Sequence record: SRR31156797_1193
Direction: 5' to 3' (one strand)
DNA: 64,000 bases
A model generated the notes under the pieces. It did no database searches. It was not told the origin of the DNA and was given only the letters and a program-made list of their open reading frames with translations. Of this stretch, positions 9,003 to 20,209 are shown piece by piece. A program made the translations under genes and the position numbers. Within the stretch, counting starts at the first letter, position 1. Each line of letters begins with the position of its first letter.

Positions 9003-11864
9003 CTATCTTTTTATCTCTACTTTTTCATAGGCTTCAATGACGTCGCCGTCCTTAATATCATTGAAGTTTTCCACGCCGATACCACATTCGTAATTATGTG
9101 CTACTTCCTTGACATCATCCTTAAACCTTTTTAGAGATGAAACTTCACCTTCGAAGATAACAACACTGTCACGCAGTACTCTTACCAAGGCACTACGCTT
9201 TATAATACCATCTGTTACATAGCAGCCAGCAATATTGCCCACGCCTGATACCTTGAATACATTTCGTACCTGAGCATGCCCCAGTACCTCTTCTTTGAAC
9301 TGAGGAGCAAGTAGACCTTTCATAGCATTTTCTACATCCTGAATTGCTTCGTAGATGATTCTGTATGTATGTATGTCTACCCCTTGGCTATCGGCTGAAG
9401 CTCTGCCGTTGCTGTCAGGACGAACATTGAATCCGAGTATAATTGCATTGGATGCTTTTGCTAGCATTACATCAGTTTCATTAATACCGCCTACGCCAAC
9501 GTGGATACATCGAACACGAACTTCGTCGTTTGTAAGCTTTTCAAGAGACTGCTTGATAGCTTCGGCACTTCCTTGAACATCTGCTTTGAGAACAATATTC
9601 AGATCCTTTAGCTTGCCTTCCTCAATTTTACCGAATAAATCGTCTAATGAAACTGTCTGTGAAGATTGAATCATCTCTTCACGCTTCTTAGTCTTACGCT
9701 CTTCGGCAACCTTTCTGGATAGTTTATCATCTGCAGAATATAATACATCACCTGCGTCAGGTACTTCGGAGAATCCGATTACCTCAACTGGTGTTGCAGG
9801 ACCTGCTTCTTCAACTCTGTCGCCCTTATCATTAATCATTGCACGTACTCTGCCTGTTGCAAGACCTGCAACAACTGAGTCACCAATACGAAGAGTACCG
9901 TTTTTGATCAATACTGTAGCTACAGGACCACGTCCGATATCCAGCTTTGATTCTATGATTGTACCAACAGCCTGACCCTCTGGATTTGCACGAAGCTCCA
10001 GCATTTCTGACTGCAGAAGTATCATCTCAAGCAAATTATCTAATCCGTTGCCAGTATGGGCTGATACTTCAACCATAATGTGCTCGCCGCCCCATTCTTC
10101 TGAAACTATTCCGTGTTCAGTCAGCTCCTGCTTAACTCGTGCAGGATTTGCTGCAGGTAAGTCCATCTTGTTGATTGCAACGATTATTGGGACTTCAGCT
10201 GCCTTTGAGTGGTTGATAGCTTCTATTGTCTGTGGCATAACACCATCGTCTGCTGCTACTACAATGATTGCAATATCAGTAACCTTTGCACCACGGGCAC
10301 GCATTGCTGTAAACGCTTGGTGACCAGGAGTATCAATAAAGGTGATTCGTTTATCATTTTTAGTTACTGTGTACGCACCGATATGCTGTGTGATACCGCC
10401 AGCTTCGCCAGCCTGAACGTCAGCTTCACGGATAGCATCCAAAAGTGAAGTTTTACCGTGGTCAACGTGACCCATAACAGTAACAATTGGTGCACGCAAC
10501 TCCAGCAGCTCGTCATCAATATGAGATTCCTCGTGAATCTCTATCATCTGTTCTTCTTGTGTTTTTGCTATTTGCTGCTCTAGTGTTATACCAAACTCAG
10601 CAGCTACGACTTCTGCTGTATCAAAATCGATTGAATGATTTACAGTTGCTATTATGCCCAGCTTAAATAGCTGTCCGACAATTTCAGAAGACTGTTTACC
10701 GATTTTTTCTGCTAATTCTTTAATTGCTACATTTTCTGTCGTAATAACAGCGTTTTCAATAACGATTCTCTCAATTTGCTGTGATTGAACTTTCCTGTGT
10801 TTCTTTCTTCTAGAACCGGTTGGAACATACATATCTCCATAAGCAAAAGTTTTACTGTACTTAGACTGCTTTGGATTCTCATTAGTTTTCCTTTGACGTG
10901 TTTGGTCGGCTCTCTTCTCATCCTTAGACTTATCACGGCGTTTGTTATTATAGTTTGAATTAACCTTTGTAGGCTTAATTGCAATACTATCTCCAGATGA
11001 CTTTGGAGAACGTCCTTGAGTAGGGCGATTCTGTCCGCTCGGACGGGATTGTCCGCCAGAACGTTGTCCACCTGTACGAGATTGTCCACTTTGGTTTGAT
11101 CTGTTGTAATTTCCTCTAGCAGCATTATTCTGAGAATTATTGTAGTTTTTCCTCTGAGGTCTGTCACCCTGCTGACGATTGTCTCTTCTGCCGTCAGATT
11201 TTTGTGGTCTTTGCCCCATTACTTTTGCTTTACGTTCCTGATTTTTCTGCTGATGATGCTCTCTTTGTGCTTTTAATTTTTCAGCTTCTAAGCGTTTTTC
11301 TTCCTTCGTAGGAGCTCGCTTCACTACCCTGATACCTACTCTTGGTGCTTTAGTCGGCAGCTTTTCAACAGTCTTTGCTGTCTTTGATTTAGACTCATTT
11401 GTTTTGCTTGTTTTTTGCTTATCTTCGGATTTTTTTGTATCCTTTTTTGCAGCTGGTTTTGAAGCAGCACTAGCATTAGTCTTAGCTGATTTAGCAGCAG
11501 TTTTTTTCAAAGGTTCAGCTGGCTTTTCTGATTTAGCAGCTGTCTTTTCTTGCTTAGCAGTACTCTTTGTTTTGGTATCTGCTGTTCCTTTGCTTTTTCC
11601 TATTGCTTTCTTAGGAGTGGCAGCATTTGATTTTGACGTAGCTGATTTAGCTTTTACTGTCTTTTCTGCAGCATTAACAGCAGCCGTTTCTGCAATTTTC
11701 GCTGCTTTTTCCTCCTTCAGCCTCGCAGAAATCTGCTTTTCTACTTCCTGAAGCTGAGTTATTTGCTTTTGTACCCTGTCTTTTGAGGTTTTCACCTTTG
11801 ACAACATACTACCTGCATTTGCCTTTGTATCTTTTGTAAGTTTTTGTATGCTTACTTTGCTCAT
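9003..11864 (-). CDS. infB: translation initiation factor IF-2
   Basis: [17 protein letters not shown] and IF2 C-terminus; long K/A/Q-rich N-terminus; start ATG 11864 or GTG 11879. Confidence 0.98.
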   Translation of the reverse strand: MSKVSIQKLTKDTKANAGSMLSKVKTSKDRVQKQITQLQEVEKQISARLKEEKAAKIAETAAVNAAEKTVKAKSATSKSNAATPKKAIGKSKGTADTKTKSTAKQEKTAAKSEKPAEPLKKTAAKSAKTNASAASKPAAKKDTKKSEDKQKTSKTNESKSKTAKTVEKLPTKAPRVGIRVVKRAPTKEEKRLEAEKLKAQREHHQQKNQERKAKVMGQRPQKSDGRRDNRQQGDRPQRKNYNNSQNNAARGNYNRSNQSGQSRTGGQRSGGQSRPSGQNRPTQGRSPKSSGDSIAIKPTKVNSNYNNKRRDKSKDEKRADQTRQRKTNENPKQSKYSKTFAYGDMYVPTGSRRKKHRKVQSQQIERIVIENAVITTENVAIKELAEKIGKQSSEIVGQLFKLGIIATVNHSIDFDTAEVVAAEFGITLEQQIAKTQEEQMIEIHEESHIDDELLELRAPIVTVMGHVDHGKTSLLDAIREADVQAGEAGGITQHIGAYTVTKNDKRITFIDTPGHQAFTAMRARGAKVTDIAIIVVAADDGVMPQTIEAINHSKAAEVPIIVAINKMDLPAANPARVKQELTEHGIVSEEWGGEHIMVEVSAHTGNGLDNLLEMILLQSEMLELRANPEGQAVGTIIESKLDIGRGPVATVLIKNGTLRIGDSVVAGLATGRVRAMINDKGDRVEEAGPATPVEVIGFSEVPDAGDVLYSADDKLSRKVAEERKTKKREEMIQSSQTVSLDDLFGKIEEGKLKDLNIVLKADVQGSAEAIKQSLEKLTNDEVRVRCIHVGVGGINETDVMLAKASNAIILGFNVRPDSNGRASADSQGVDIHTYRIIYEAIQDVENAMKGLLAPQFKEEVLGHAQVRNVFKVSGVGNIAGCYVTDGIIKRSALVRVLRDSVVIFEGEVSSLKRFKDDVKEVAHNYECGIGVENFNDIKDGDVIEAYEKVEIKR

Positions 11865-11906
11865 GTAAAACCTACGCACTCCTTTTTAGTTATTTTAATA
11901 TATATT

Positions 11907-12194
11907 TTAATGCTTTTTAGCCTTAATTCCCTTAGCAAAGTTGATATCATTAACTGATATTACCTTCATTTCACCTCTTGCAGTCAGCTGAGTGAATATA
12001 TCGTTGAAATCACCAGTTATAATGTCTACATTATAATGACTGCATATGTCGTTGATATCCTTTTTGCTTCTATCAGATGCATTGTCTGATAATAATACTA
12101 ATTTAGCTTTATTGTTTCTTATAGATGATTTTACGCTGTCTGCTCCAAAAGAAACCTTGCCTGCTCTGATTGCTAACCCAAGTATTCCTTTCAT
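11907..12194 (-). CDS. ylxQ: L7Ae/YlxQ family RNA-binding protein
   Basis: LGLAIRAGKVSFG motif; position between ylxR and infB. Confidence 0.9.
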   Translation of the reverse strand: MKGILGLAIRAGKVSFGADSVKSSIRNNKAKLVLLSDNASDRSKKDINDICSHYNVDIITGDFNDIFTQLTARGEMKVISVNDINFAKGIKAKKH

Positions 12195-12475
12195 TGCGGT
12201 TGTCTGTCAATGTCTGATTTAAGCTGGTTCAAAACTAATTCATCAATATTAACTTCCAGAGCTCTGTTTAGTGCCTTTGACTTAATAGCTTTTTCTATGC
12301 ATTCGATTCTATCGCATACATATGCACCTCTGCCTGACAACTTACCTTTTTTGTCAATTTTTATTTCACCTTCAGGTGTACGAACAACTCGGATTAATTC
12401 TTTTTTCAGGAAACGTTCTCTGCAGCCAACACACATTCTGACTGGTTTTTTCCTTGGCGTTTTCTTTCCTGTCAT
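12191..12475 (-). CDS. ylxR: YlxR (RnpM) family protein
   Basis: PVRMCVGC, LIRVV, GRGAYVC. Confidence 0.93.
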   Translation of the reverse strand: MTGKKTPRKKPVRMCVGCRERFLKKELIRVVRTPEGEIKIDKKGKLSGRGAYVCDRIECIEKAIKSKALNRALEVNIDELVLNQLKSDIDRQPQ

Positions 12476-12484
12476 GAAAAGCTC

Positions 12485-13801
12485 CTACTCCTCATCCTCA
12501 TCTTCACTATCAAGGTCTAAGTCCATTTCAAGATCTACAGGAAGCTCTTCGTCTTCTAGAACTTCTTGGATATCATCCTCATCCTCATCACTTTCTTGTG
12601 CTTCGTCATCTCCGGTTTCTGTATCAAGCTCCGAATCAATTTCTTCGGTAACATCATCTAACTCGAAATCTTCAACATCATCATCTATATCAAAGTCTAA
12701 ATCATCATCAAAGTTATCATCGTCACTTTCATAATCATCAATGAAGTTGCCGTCCTCATCCACCAAGTCCATAATTTGAGTCTGGCTCTTGATGTCTATT
12801 TTCCAGCTTGTCAGCTTTGCAGCAAGACGGGCATTCTGACCCTCTTTACCAATTGCCAAAGACAGATGATTATCAGGTACAACTACCTTTGCCTCCTGCC
12901 TGTCTTCATATAAATATACCATAACAACTCGTGCAGGGCTTAAAGCATTTGCAATAAACTCAACAGGGTCATCGCTGTAGTCTACAACATCAATTTTTTC
13001 GCCCCGAAGTTCATCTACAACACGCTCTACACGGATACCTCTCTGCCCAACGCATGAACCAATAGCATCAATATTCTCATCGTCAGAGTATACTGCTATT
13101 TTGGTACGCTGACCAGCTTCACGTGCGACACTGACAATCTCAACAACTCCGGACTGCAGCTCAGGCACTTCCAGCTCAAATAGTCGCTTTACCAGACCAG
13201 GATGTGAACGGGACACTACAATTTGAGGTCCTTTCTTGGTCTTTCTGACTTCCATTACATATACTTTAATTCTGTCATTTGCATATAGTCTTTCATGACG
13301 CATCTGTTCAGATGGAGGCAGGTAGCCGTCAGTTTTGCCTAATTCAACAAATACATTGTTATTCTCTACTCTTTGTACAGTAGCTGTTATTACTTCATCT
13401 TTTTTCTCTTCGAATTCATCGCATATCATATCACGTTCGGCTTCACGAATTTTTTGTACTACTACCTGCTTTGCAGCCTGTGCAGCAATACGACCGAAGC
13501 TTACGTTCTCAATCTTAGTTTCCCATACGTCACCAACATCATAGTTAGGATTATCTTGTCTTGCATCTTCAAGTGTAATTTCACACTCTTCATCTATTAC
13601 TTCTTCAACAACGTCTTTTAATGCATAGATAGAAATATCACCTGTTTCCCTATCTACTTCTATTCTGGTATCGTGTGCTGGACCGACACTTTTTTTGTAT
13701 GCAGAAAAAATTGCTGACTCTACAGCCTGTATAATAATTTCCTTACTGATATTCTTTTCTTTTTCTAATGCTTCCAGCGCATTTATGAATTCTGCATTCA
13801 T
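12485..13801 (-). CDS. nusA: transcription factor NusA with long acidic tail
   Basis: FGRIAAQAAKQV, S1 and KH domains, AIGKEGQNARLAAKLT. Confidence 0.98.
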   Translation of the reverse strand: MNAEFINALEALEKEKNISKEIIIQAVESAIFSAYKKSVGPAHDTRIEVDRETGDISIYALKDVVEEVIDEECEITLEDARQDNPNYDVGDVWETKIENVSFGRIAAQAAKQVVVQKIREAERDMICDEFEEKKDEVITATVQRVENNNVFVELGKTDGYLPPSEQMRHERLYANDRIKVYVMEVRKTKKGPQIVVSRSHPGLVKRLFELEVPELQSGVVEIVSVAREAGQRTKIAVYSDDENIDAIGSCVGQRGIRVERVVDELRGEKIDVVDYSDDPVEFIANALSPARVVMVYLYEDRQEAKVVVPDNHLSLAIGKEGQNARLAAKLTSWKIDIKSQTQIMDLVDEDGNFIDDYESDDDNFDDDLDFDIDDDVEDFELDDVTEEIDSELDTETGDDEAQESDEDEDDIQEVLEDEELPVDLEMDLDLDSEDEDEE

Positions 13802-13830
13802 TAAATAAATCCTTCCTGTATTAAAATAAA

Positions 13831-14301
13831 CTAATTGAATTTAATAGCCAGATTTGCTTTGGCTATCTGATTAGTTGGTATTGAGAGCTCTTCGCCTTCC
13901 ATATTGACAGTGATTGTATATTCTGTCGCACTCAGCAACTTTGCTTCGAATTTCTTATTACCGTTTATGGGAGCGAAAAGGCTGATTTCTAAATCGTTAT
14001 CTAAATATCTTTTAAAATCTTTAAGTGTCTTGATAGGTCTGTCAAGTCCTGGAGAGGATACTTGCAAAAAATCGTATCTACCCAGAACAAATTCATCTTC
14101 ATCCAGCATAGGGTCAATGGTTCGGGAAACTAATTCACAGTCCTCGAATGAAATTCCGTCCTTCTTATATATATATATTATCAATCTCCAGATTCCTCCT
14201 GGATTTTTGTACTCTACGTCAACTAATTCATAGCCCAGCTCATTAATCTTGGGTTCGATAAGCTCAGCAACATAATCCTTTAATGATGATTTTTTAGTCA
14301 A
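13831..14301 (-). CDS. rimP: ribosome maturation factor RimP
   Basis: GYELVDVEY, DCELVS, LQVSSPGLDRP; TTG start after AAGGAG. Confidence 0.95.
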   Translation of the reverse strand: MTKKSSLKDYVAELIEPKINELGYELVDVEYKNPGGIWRLIIYIYKKDGISFEDCELVSRTIDPMLDEDEFVLGRYDFLQVSSPGLDRPIKTLKDFKRYLDNDLEISLFAPINGNKKFEAKLLSATEYTITVNMEGEELSIPTNQIAKANLAIKFN

Positions 14302-14339
14302 TAGCGTCTCCTTATTCTGTTATGAAAATGTATTGCGAC

Positions 14340-14372
14340 ACAAAGATAAAGAGTGGGTTTTCCCACTCCTTA
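14340..14372 (-). promoter_or_regulatory. rimP-leader terminator-like hairpin
   Basis: Minus strand GAGTGGG-AAAA-CCCACTC followed by TTTATCTTT upstream of rimP, matching the described rimP leader motif. Confidence 0.75.
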
Positions 14373-14739
14373 GCTACACTTTCATCTTTCAACATTAACA
14401 TTATACCACAATAATAAATTATTACAACTAATTTTTTCAAGTATGTAAATTTACTAATTATGTATAAAAATAGTATTAATATTAACTGGTTAAATATCTT
14501 TTGCTTAACTGAAAAACATATTTAAAACTGATATATACTAAATAGCTATATGCACTGCACTATTATATATGATAAAGAAGTATATTGCTATTATTTTTTA
14601 TCAATTCAGTATCCTATATTTAGTTGTTAATACTACTACTTGTAATTAACTAAAACAAGTTTTATATTGTTTTTATATTGCTGGTAAATCATTTGTGTGA
14701 AATCCGATTAATCAAGACAGTGATTTTGTGTAAAAATTC

Positions 14740-14768
14740 TTGACAATATAGTATTCGTTTGCTATAAT
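14740..14768 (+). promoter_or_regulatory. consensus sigma-A promoter of the ilv-leu operon
   Basis: TTGACA-17 nt-TATAAT with TGn. Confidence 0.9.
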
Positions 14769-14784
14769 TTTTTTAATTTAATAG

Positions 14785-15058
14785 GATAAAGTGTTGACGG
14801 AGATAGGCAATATCTTAGGATATCTATAGAGAGCTGGCGGTTGGTGGAAAGCTGGTGCTATCATTATTGCAATCACTCTTGAGCTGTTCCTTGAAATTAC
14901 GTTTGGTAAAAGTAGAGGACACCGGTTAATCCCGATATAGATTTGTGGGCTTGATAGAGCCTAGAGGTGGTTTTTTTATTTATAAAAAAACAAGATGAGT
15001 GGTACCGCGTAGTTAATAACTGCGTCTCTTCATAGGATGTTGAGACGTGGTTTTTTTG
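14785..15058 (+). ncRNA. T-box riboswitch, specifier probably ATC (Ile)
   Basis: GA motif, AGAGA bulge (14828-14832), GGTGGAA apical loop, specifier A-ATC-A-CTCTTGAG (ATC 14872-14874), stem II AGTA/GAA, T-box AAGATGAGTGGTACCGCG (14992-15009), terminator CTGCGTCTC...GAGACGTGG-T7. Confidence 0.92.
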
Positions 15059-15136
15059 GTATTATCAGGAGAATTATTCATTTAGTTTTGAGTAAACTCT
15101 AATAATATATGGATTAAGTAAGGAGCAATAGAAAAT

Positions 15137-15622
15137 ATGCAAAGGATTATTTCATTTTTAGCTGCAAATGAAGTTGGTGTACTTAGCAGGGTTTCCGGAT
15201 TACTAAGCAAAAGAGGCTTTAATGTGGAGAGCGTGACTGCCGGTGTTACCAGTGACCCAAATGTCAGCAGGATTACATTGATGCTGCATGCAGATGACAA
15301 GATTATTGAACAGGTAATAAAGCAGTTTGCAAAATTACTGGATGTCATTGCAATCAAGGAACTTCCTGTTGAAAAATCCACATCCAGAGAATTAGCTCTT
15401 ATTAAAATGTCAACAATAGGAGTGGATAAAGAAGTATTATGTGATAGTATTATAACCAAAAAAGGTATGATAGTGTCTATGGGTGATGATTACGTTACTG
15501 CACAGTTCACAGGCTCTGCAGAAGGAATTAACAATTGCATTGCTGCAATGAGTGAAAATAAGATTATAGAAATAGCCAGAACGGGATTAATAGCGATGGA
15601 ATCCAGTAGTGTTAAGCTATAG
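15137..15622 (+). CDS. ilvN: acetolactate synthase small subunit
   Basis: ACT domain NEVGVLSRVSGLLSKRGFNVES; EIARTG. Confidence 0.93.
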   Translation: MQRIISFLAANEVGVLSRVSGLLSKRGFNVESVTAGVTSDPNVSRITLMLHADDKIIEQVIKQFAKLLDVIAIKELPVEKSTSRELALIKMSTIGVDKEVLCDSIITKKGMIVSMGDDYVTAQFTGSAEGINNCIAAMSENKIIEIARTGLIAMESSSVKL

Positions 15623-15640
15623 GCAATAAGGAGAATTCTG

Positions 15641-17206
15641 ATGAAAAAGATTCAAATATTCGACTCTACTCTTCGTGATGGAGCTCAGGCAAGGAGCATA
15701 AATTTCTCTGTGCCTGATAAAATTAATATACTTAAGATACTTGATGAGTTCGGATTAGACTATATTGAAGCCGGTAATCCAGCGTCAAACCCAAAAGAAA
15801 GAGAATTCTTTGCATCTGCCAAAGAGTTAGAGCTAAAGAATGCAAAACTGGTTGCATTTGGTTCTACCAGAAGAAAGAACTTAAAGGCTGAAGATGATGC
15901 AGGAGTTCAGGCTCTTTATTCAGCAGGAACGAAGTGTGTCGCAATCTTTGGCAAGACTTGGGATTTGCATGTGACAGATGTGATTAATACCACTTTGGAA
16001 GAAAATCTAGCTATGATTGAAGATACAGTTTCTTTCTTTAAAGATAAGGGAATAGAAGTAATATTCGACGCTGAACATTTTTTTGATGGCTATAAGGCAA
16101 ACAAGGATTATGCAATCAAGGTATTGCAAGCCGCAGAAAGAGCAGGTGCTGATTGCGTAGCTCTATGTGATACCAATGGTGGTGCTACGCCACAATTAAT
16201 TCGTGATGGTGTAAGAGACAGCGTAGAAGCAGTAAATATTCAAGTCGGCATACATGCTCATAACGATAGTGAAATGGCAGTGGCTAATTCCATAAGTGCA
16301 GTTGAGCTAGGTGCAACTCACGTGCAGGGTACTTTTATTGGATTTGGAGAGCGATGCGGCAATGCAAGGCTTTCATCAATAATTCCGAATTTACAGTTGA
16401 AAATGGGATATAGCTGTATTCCGGAAGAAAAGATGGCTCAATTATATTCTGTCAGCAGACAGATTGGCGAGATTTCAAACATTTTCTTTGATGAATCACT
16501 GCCTTACGTAGGCAGAAATGCATTTGCTCATAAAGGCGGTATGCATATTGATGGTATTCAGAAAGCTAAGGGTTCATTTGAACATATTGAACCAGCTCTT
16601 GTGGGCGGAGAGAGAGAATTCCTATTATCAGAGGTTGCAGGTAAATCTGCTATGAGTGCAAAGCTCCAAAAGGATTTCCCAGAGGTTGCAAATGATAAGG
16701 AAAAGGTTGCACACCTGATGAATCTGCTCAAAGAGCTAGAGACCAAAGGTCACAGCTATGAAGGAGCAGAGGGAAGTTTTAAGATGCTGGTTATGAAAGA
16801 ACTTGATATGTACGAACCTCCGTTTAAGCTGATTCATTTCAAAGTGTTTGATGAACCAATGCACCATAACACATTTGGAGCATACGCTGTGGTAAAGGTT
16901 GAGGTTGGTGGAAAGACAAAGATGACAGCAGCAGACGGCAATGGTCCTGTTAATGCATTGGATAAGGCATTGAGAGAAGCACTTTCCGAATTTTTCCCAG
17001 AGCTTAACAATGTTTCGCTGACAGACTACAAGGTAAGAGTATTTGAAACTCATCACGCAACTGAATCAACAGTTCGTGTAATTATAGAATCACACGATGG
17101 AGATGAGTATTGGCGCACAATGGGCGTATCAACAGACGTAATAGAAGCGAGTCTAATTGCTTTAATTGACTCAATTGACTATAAACTTTTAATGAAAGAG
17201 GTGTAA
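15641..17206 (+). CDS. cimA: citramalate synthase
   Basis: DSTLRDGAQ, EAGNPASNPK, AFGST, GKTWDLHV, FDAEHFFDGY: signatures of bacterial CimA rather than LeuA. Confidence 0.9.
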   Translation: MKKIQIFDSTLRDGAQARSINFSVPDKINILKILDEFGLDYIEAGNPASNPKEREFFASAKELELKNAKLVAFGSTRRKNLKAEDDAGVQALYSAGTKCVAIFGKTWDLHVTDVINTTLEENLAMIEDTVSFFKDKGIEVIFDAEHFFDGYKANKDYAIKVLQAAERAGADCVALCDTNGGATPQLIRDGVRDSVEAVNIQVGIHAHNDSEMAVANSISAVELGATHVQGTFIGFGERCGNARLSSIIPNLQLKMGYSCIPEEKMAQLYSVSRQIGEISNIFFDESLPYVGRNAFAHKGGMHIDGIQKAKGSFEHIEPALVGGEREFLLSEVAGKSAMSAKLQKDFPEVANDKEKVAHLMNLLKELETKGHSYEGAEGSFKMLVMKELDMYEPPFKLIHFKVFDEPMHHNTFGAYAVVKVEVGGKTKMTAADGNGPVNALDKALREALSEFFPELNNVSLTDYKVRVFETHHATESTVRVIIESHDGDEYWRTMGVSTDVIEASLIALIDSIDYKLLMKEV

Positions 17207-17209
17207 CAA

Positions 17210-18472
17210 ATGGGAATGACAATGACCCAAAAGATTTTGGCAGACAAGAGTCATTTGGATAAGGTAGAAGTAGGGCAGTTTATTAACTGTGACTTATCTC
17301 TGGTATTAGGTAATGATATTACCACTCCAGTAGCTATCAAGGAATTTGATAAGATGGGATGCAATTGCGTCTATAACAAGTCTAAAGTTGCAATAGTACC
17401 AGATCACTTCACTCCAAACAGAGATATTGAATCTGCGAAGCAATGTAAGTTAATCAGAGAGTTTGCTCACGATAAAGATGTGGAGAACTACTTTGAAGTT
17501 GGTGAGCTGGGCATTGAGCACGCACTGCTTCCTGAAAAGGGATTGGTAGTTGCTGGTGATGTAGTAATAGGAGCTGACTCCCACACATGTACTTATGGAG
17601 CACTTGGTGCATTCTCTACAGGTATTGGTTCAACTGATATGGCTGCTGGTATGGCAACAGGAAAGTGCTGGTTCAGAGTTCCTGCGGCTATTAAGTTCAA
17701 TCTAACAGGTAAATTCTCAAAGCACGTCAGCGGTAAGGACTTAATCCTTCACATAATCGGTATGATTGGTGTTGACGGTGCTCTTTACAAATCAATGGAA
17801 TTTACAGGTCCCGGAGTAGCTAATTTATCAATGGATGACAGATTTACAGTTGCTAATATGGCAATTGAAGCAGGTGCTAAGAATGGTATCTTTGATGTAG
17901 ATGAAAAGACATTAGAATATATTAAGGATCATTCTGATAAAGAACCAAAAGTATTTAAGGCAGATGAAGATGCAGAGTATGAAAGGGTAATAGACATTGA
18001 TTTAGCAGAAGTGCCATTGACAGTTTCATATCCTCACTTACCTGATAACACACGTACTTTTGACCAAATGAAGGAAAAAGTAGAAGTTGACCAAGTCGTT
18101 ATCGGCTCATGTACAAACGGCAGAATATCTGACCTGAAAGCAGCAGCAGATATCTTCCGTGGAAAGAAAGTAAAAAAGGGTGTAAGGGTTATCGTATTCC
18201 CAGGCACACAAAAGATTTATCTGGAAGCTATGGAGTTAGGATATTTCAAGGATATGGTAGAAGCTGGTGTAGTTGTATCTGCTCCAACATGCGGACCATG
18301 CTTAGGTGGACATATGGGAGTGCTGGCAGCTGGTGAGAAATGTGTATCTACAACCAATAGAAACTTCGTAGGCAGAATGGGTGACCCAAAATCAGAGGTT
18401 TACCTAGCAAGTCCTGCGGTAGCTGCAGCCAGTGCATTGACAGGATACATCACTGACCCTAATACATTATAG
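17210..18472 (+). CDS. leuC: 3-isopropylmalate dehydratase large subunit
   Basis: GADSHT, GSCTNGR, CGPCLG, STTNRNF. Confidence 0.96.
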   Translation: MGMTMTQKILADKSHLDKVEVGQFINCDLSLVLGNDITTPVAIKEFDKMGCNCVYNKSKVAIVPDHFTPNRDIESAKQCKLIREFAHDKDVENYFEVGELGIEHALLPEKGLVVAGDVVIGADSHTCTYGALGAFSTGIGSTDMAAGMATGKCWFRVPAAIKFNLTGKFSKHVSGKDLILHIIGMIGVDGALYKSMEFTGPGVANLSMDDRFTVANMAIEAGAKNGIFDVDEKTLEYIKDHSDKEPKVFKADEDAEYERVIDIDLAEVPLTVSYPHLPDNTRTFDQMKEKVEVDQVVIGSCTNGRISDLKAAADIFRGKKVKKGVRVIVFPGTQKIYLEAMELGYFKDMVEAGVVVSAPTCGPCLGGHMGVLAAGEKCVSTTNRNFVGRMGDPKSEVYLASPAVAAASALTGYITDPNTL

Positions 18473-18624
18473 AACTTTTATGTAATAAAAGCAGCTAAAG
18501 TGCATGTAATAAAAATGCAGCGATAATCTGACTGCAAAAACGAGGCATACAAATAGCGGTTATACGCCTTATACCGAATATACCGAATTATGACTTGAGA
18601 ATATATTATAAAAGGAGAGATAAC

Positions 18625-19122
18625 ATGATACTAAAAGGAAATGTTTTTAAATACGGTGACCATGTGGATACCGATGTAATTATACCTGCTCAGTACTTAA
18701 CTACAGCAGATCCAGAAGAACTTGCAAAACACTGCATGGCAGATATTGATTTATCATTTGCAGATGAGGTAAAACCAGGGGATATTATTGTTGCTGGGAT
18801 TAACTTTGGCTGCGGATCATCCCGTGAACATGCACCACTTGCTATTAAGGGAAGCGAAGTAAGCTGCATTATTGCAAAGAATTTCGCTAGGATTTTCTTC
18901 CGCAATGCTATTAATATCGGCTTGCCAATCCTGGAGTGCCCTGAAGCAGTAGATGAAATAAACAAAGGTGATGTCTTGGAAGTTGACACTGATAATGGAA
19001 TAATCAAGAATGTTACACAAGGCAAGGAATATACTACACAGCCGTTCCCAGAATTTTTGCAGAATATTATTGCATCAGGCGGCTTAGTCAACTCAATCAA
19101 GAAAGCAAATGGTGAATGCTAA
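18625..19122 (+). CDS. leuD: 3-isopropylmalate dehydratase small subunit
   Basis: [41 protein letters not shown] before ATG 18625. Confidence 0.96.
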   Translation: MILKGNVFKYGDHVDTDVIIPAQYLTTADPEELAKHCMADIDLSFADEVKPGDIIVAGINFGCGSSREHAPLAIKGSEVSCIIAKNFARIFFRNAINIGLPILECPEAVDEINKGDVLEVDTDNGIIKNVTQGKEYTTQPFPEFLQNIIASGGLVNSIKKANGEC

Positions 19123-20189
19123 TGAAAACATTTAATATTGCAGTAATAAAGGGTGACGGTATCGGACCTGAGGTTGTAGATGCAACTATCAAAGTACTAG
19201 ATTATGTAGCCCAAAAGAGAGATATAAAGTTCGAATATAAATACTATCTGGCTGGCGGCTGTGCTATTGATGAAATGAATACGCCTCTGCCACAGGAAAC
19301 TATCGACGGCTGTAAGGCAAGCGACTCAGTACTGCTAGGTGCAGTAGGTGGTGAGAAGTGGGATACACTTCCAAGTCATATGCGCCCAGAGACAGGTCTT
19401 CTTGGTCTCCGTGAAGCTCTGGGACTATTTGCTAATCTGCGTCCTGCAAAGCTGTTTTCTGAATTAGCTGATGCATGTCCGCTAAAGGACAGACTGACAG
19501 AAGGCGGACTGGATATACTGGTTGTTCGTGAGCTGACAGGCGGTATCTATTTCGGTGAAAAGGATAGGAATGATACAGAAGGCTATGATACTCTAAAGTA
19601 TGCTGATTATGAAATCAAACGTATTGCAGATGTAGCATTCAAGGCTGCCCAAAAGAGAAACAGCAAAGTTACATCAGTAGATAAAGCAAATGTATTGGAA
19701 TCATCTAGAGTATGGAGACAATATGTAGCTGAAACTCACAAAAATTATCCTGATGTTGAACTAAATAATATGTATGTTGATAACGCTGCAATGCAGCTGG
19801 TACGCTATCCGCAGCAGTTTGATGTAATAGTTACTGGTAATATGTTCGGTGATATTTTGTCAGACGAAGCTGCAATGATTACAGGTTCTATTGGTATGCT
19901 TCCATCAGCTAGCTTAAGTGCAGGAAAAGTAGGCATGTATGAGCCTGTTCACGGCTCTGCACCAGATATAGCTGGACAGGGAATTGCAAACCCATTGGCA
20001 ACAATTATGTCAGCGGCAATGATGCTTCGCTATTCATTGGATTTGGATGAGGAAGCTGATATAATAGAAGCGGCTGTTAATGAGACTATTGCTAAAGGTG
20101 CCAGAACTAAAGATATTGCTTTGGCAGGCGAAAGCTGTATTTCTACAGAAGAGATGACTCAAAAGGTATTAGAAAACATTAATGCATAA
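19122..20189 (+). CDS. leuB: 3-isopropylmalate dehydrogenase
   Basis: [44 protein letters not shown] overlap with leuD. Confidence 0.97.
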   Translation: MKTFNIAVIKGDGIGPEVVDATIKVLDYVAQKRDIKFEYKYYLAGGCAIDEMNTPLPQETIDGCKASDSVLLGAVGGEKWDTLPSHMRPETGLLGLREALGLFANLRPAKLFSELADACPLKDRLTEGGLDILVVRELTGGIYFGEKDRNDTEGYDTLKYADYEIKRIADVAFKAAQKRNSKVTSVDKANVLESSRVWRQYVAETHKNYPDVELNNMYVDNAAMQLVRYPQQFDVIVTGNMFGDILSDEAAMITGSIGMLPSASLSAGKVGMYEPVHGSAPDIAGQGIANPLATIMSAAMMLRYSLDLDEEADIIEAAVNETIAKGARTKDIALAGESCISTEEMTQKVLENINA

Positions 20190-20209
20190 TAAACTTGGAG
20201 GATGAATAA

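Noticed and set aside
12210-12734. Ser-rich 174-aa plus-strand ORF
   Set aside because: Antisense shadow of the acidic NusA tail and ylxR.
14400-14740. CRISPR array, origin or sRNA in the long AT-rich intergenic region
   Set aside because: No regularly spaced repeats, DnaA-box cluster or stable structure; consistent with divergent promoters.
18473-18624. Mini-CRISPR from the short direct repeats
   Set aside because: Only two imperfect copies of each repeat, spacing too short, and no cas genes.
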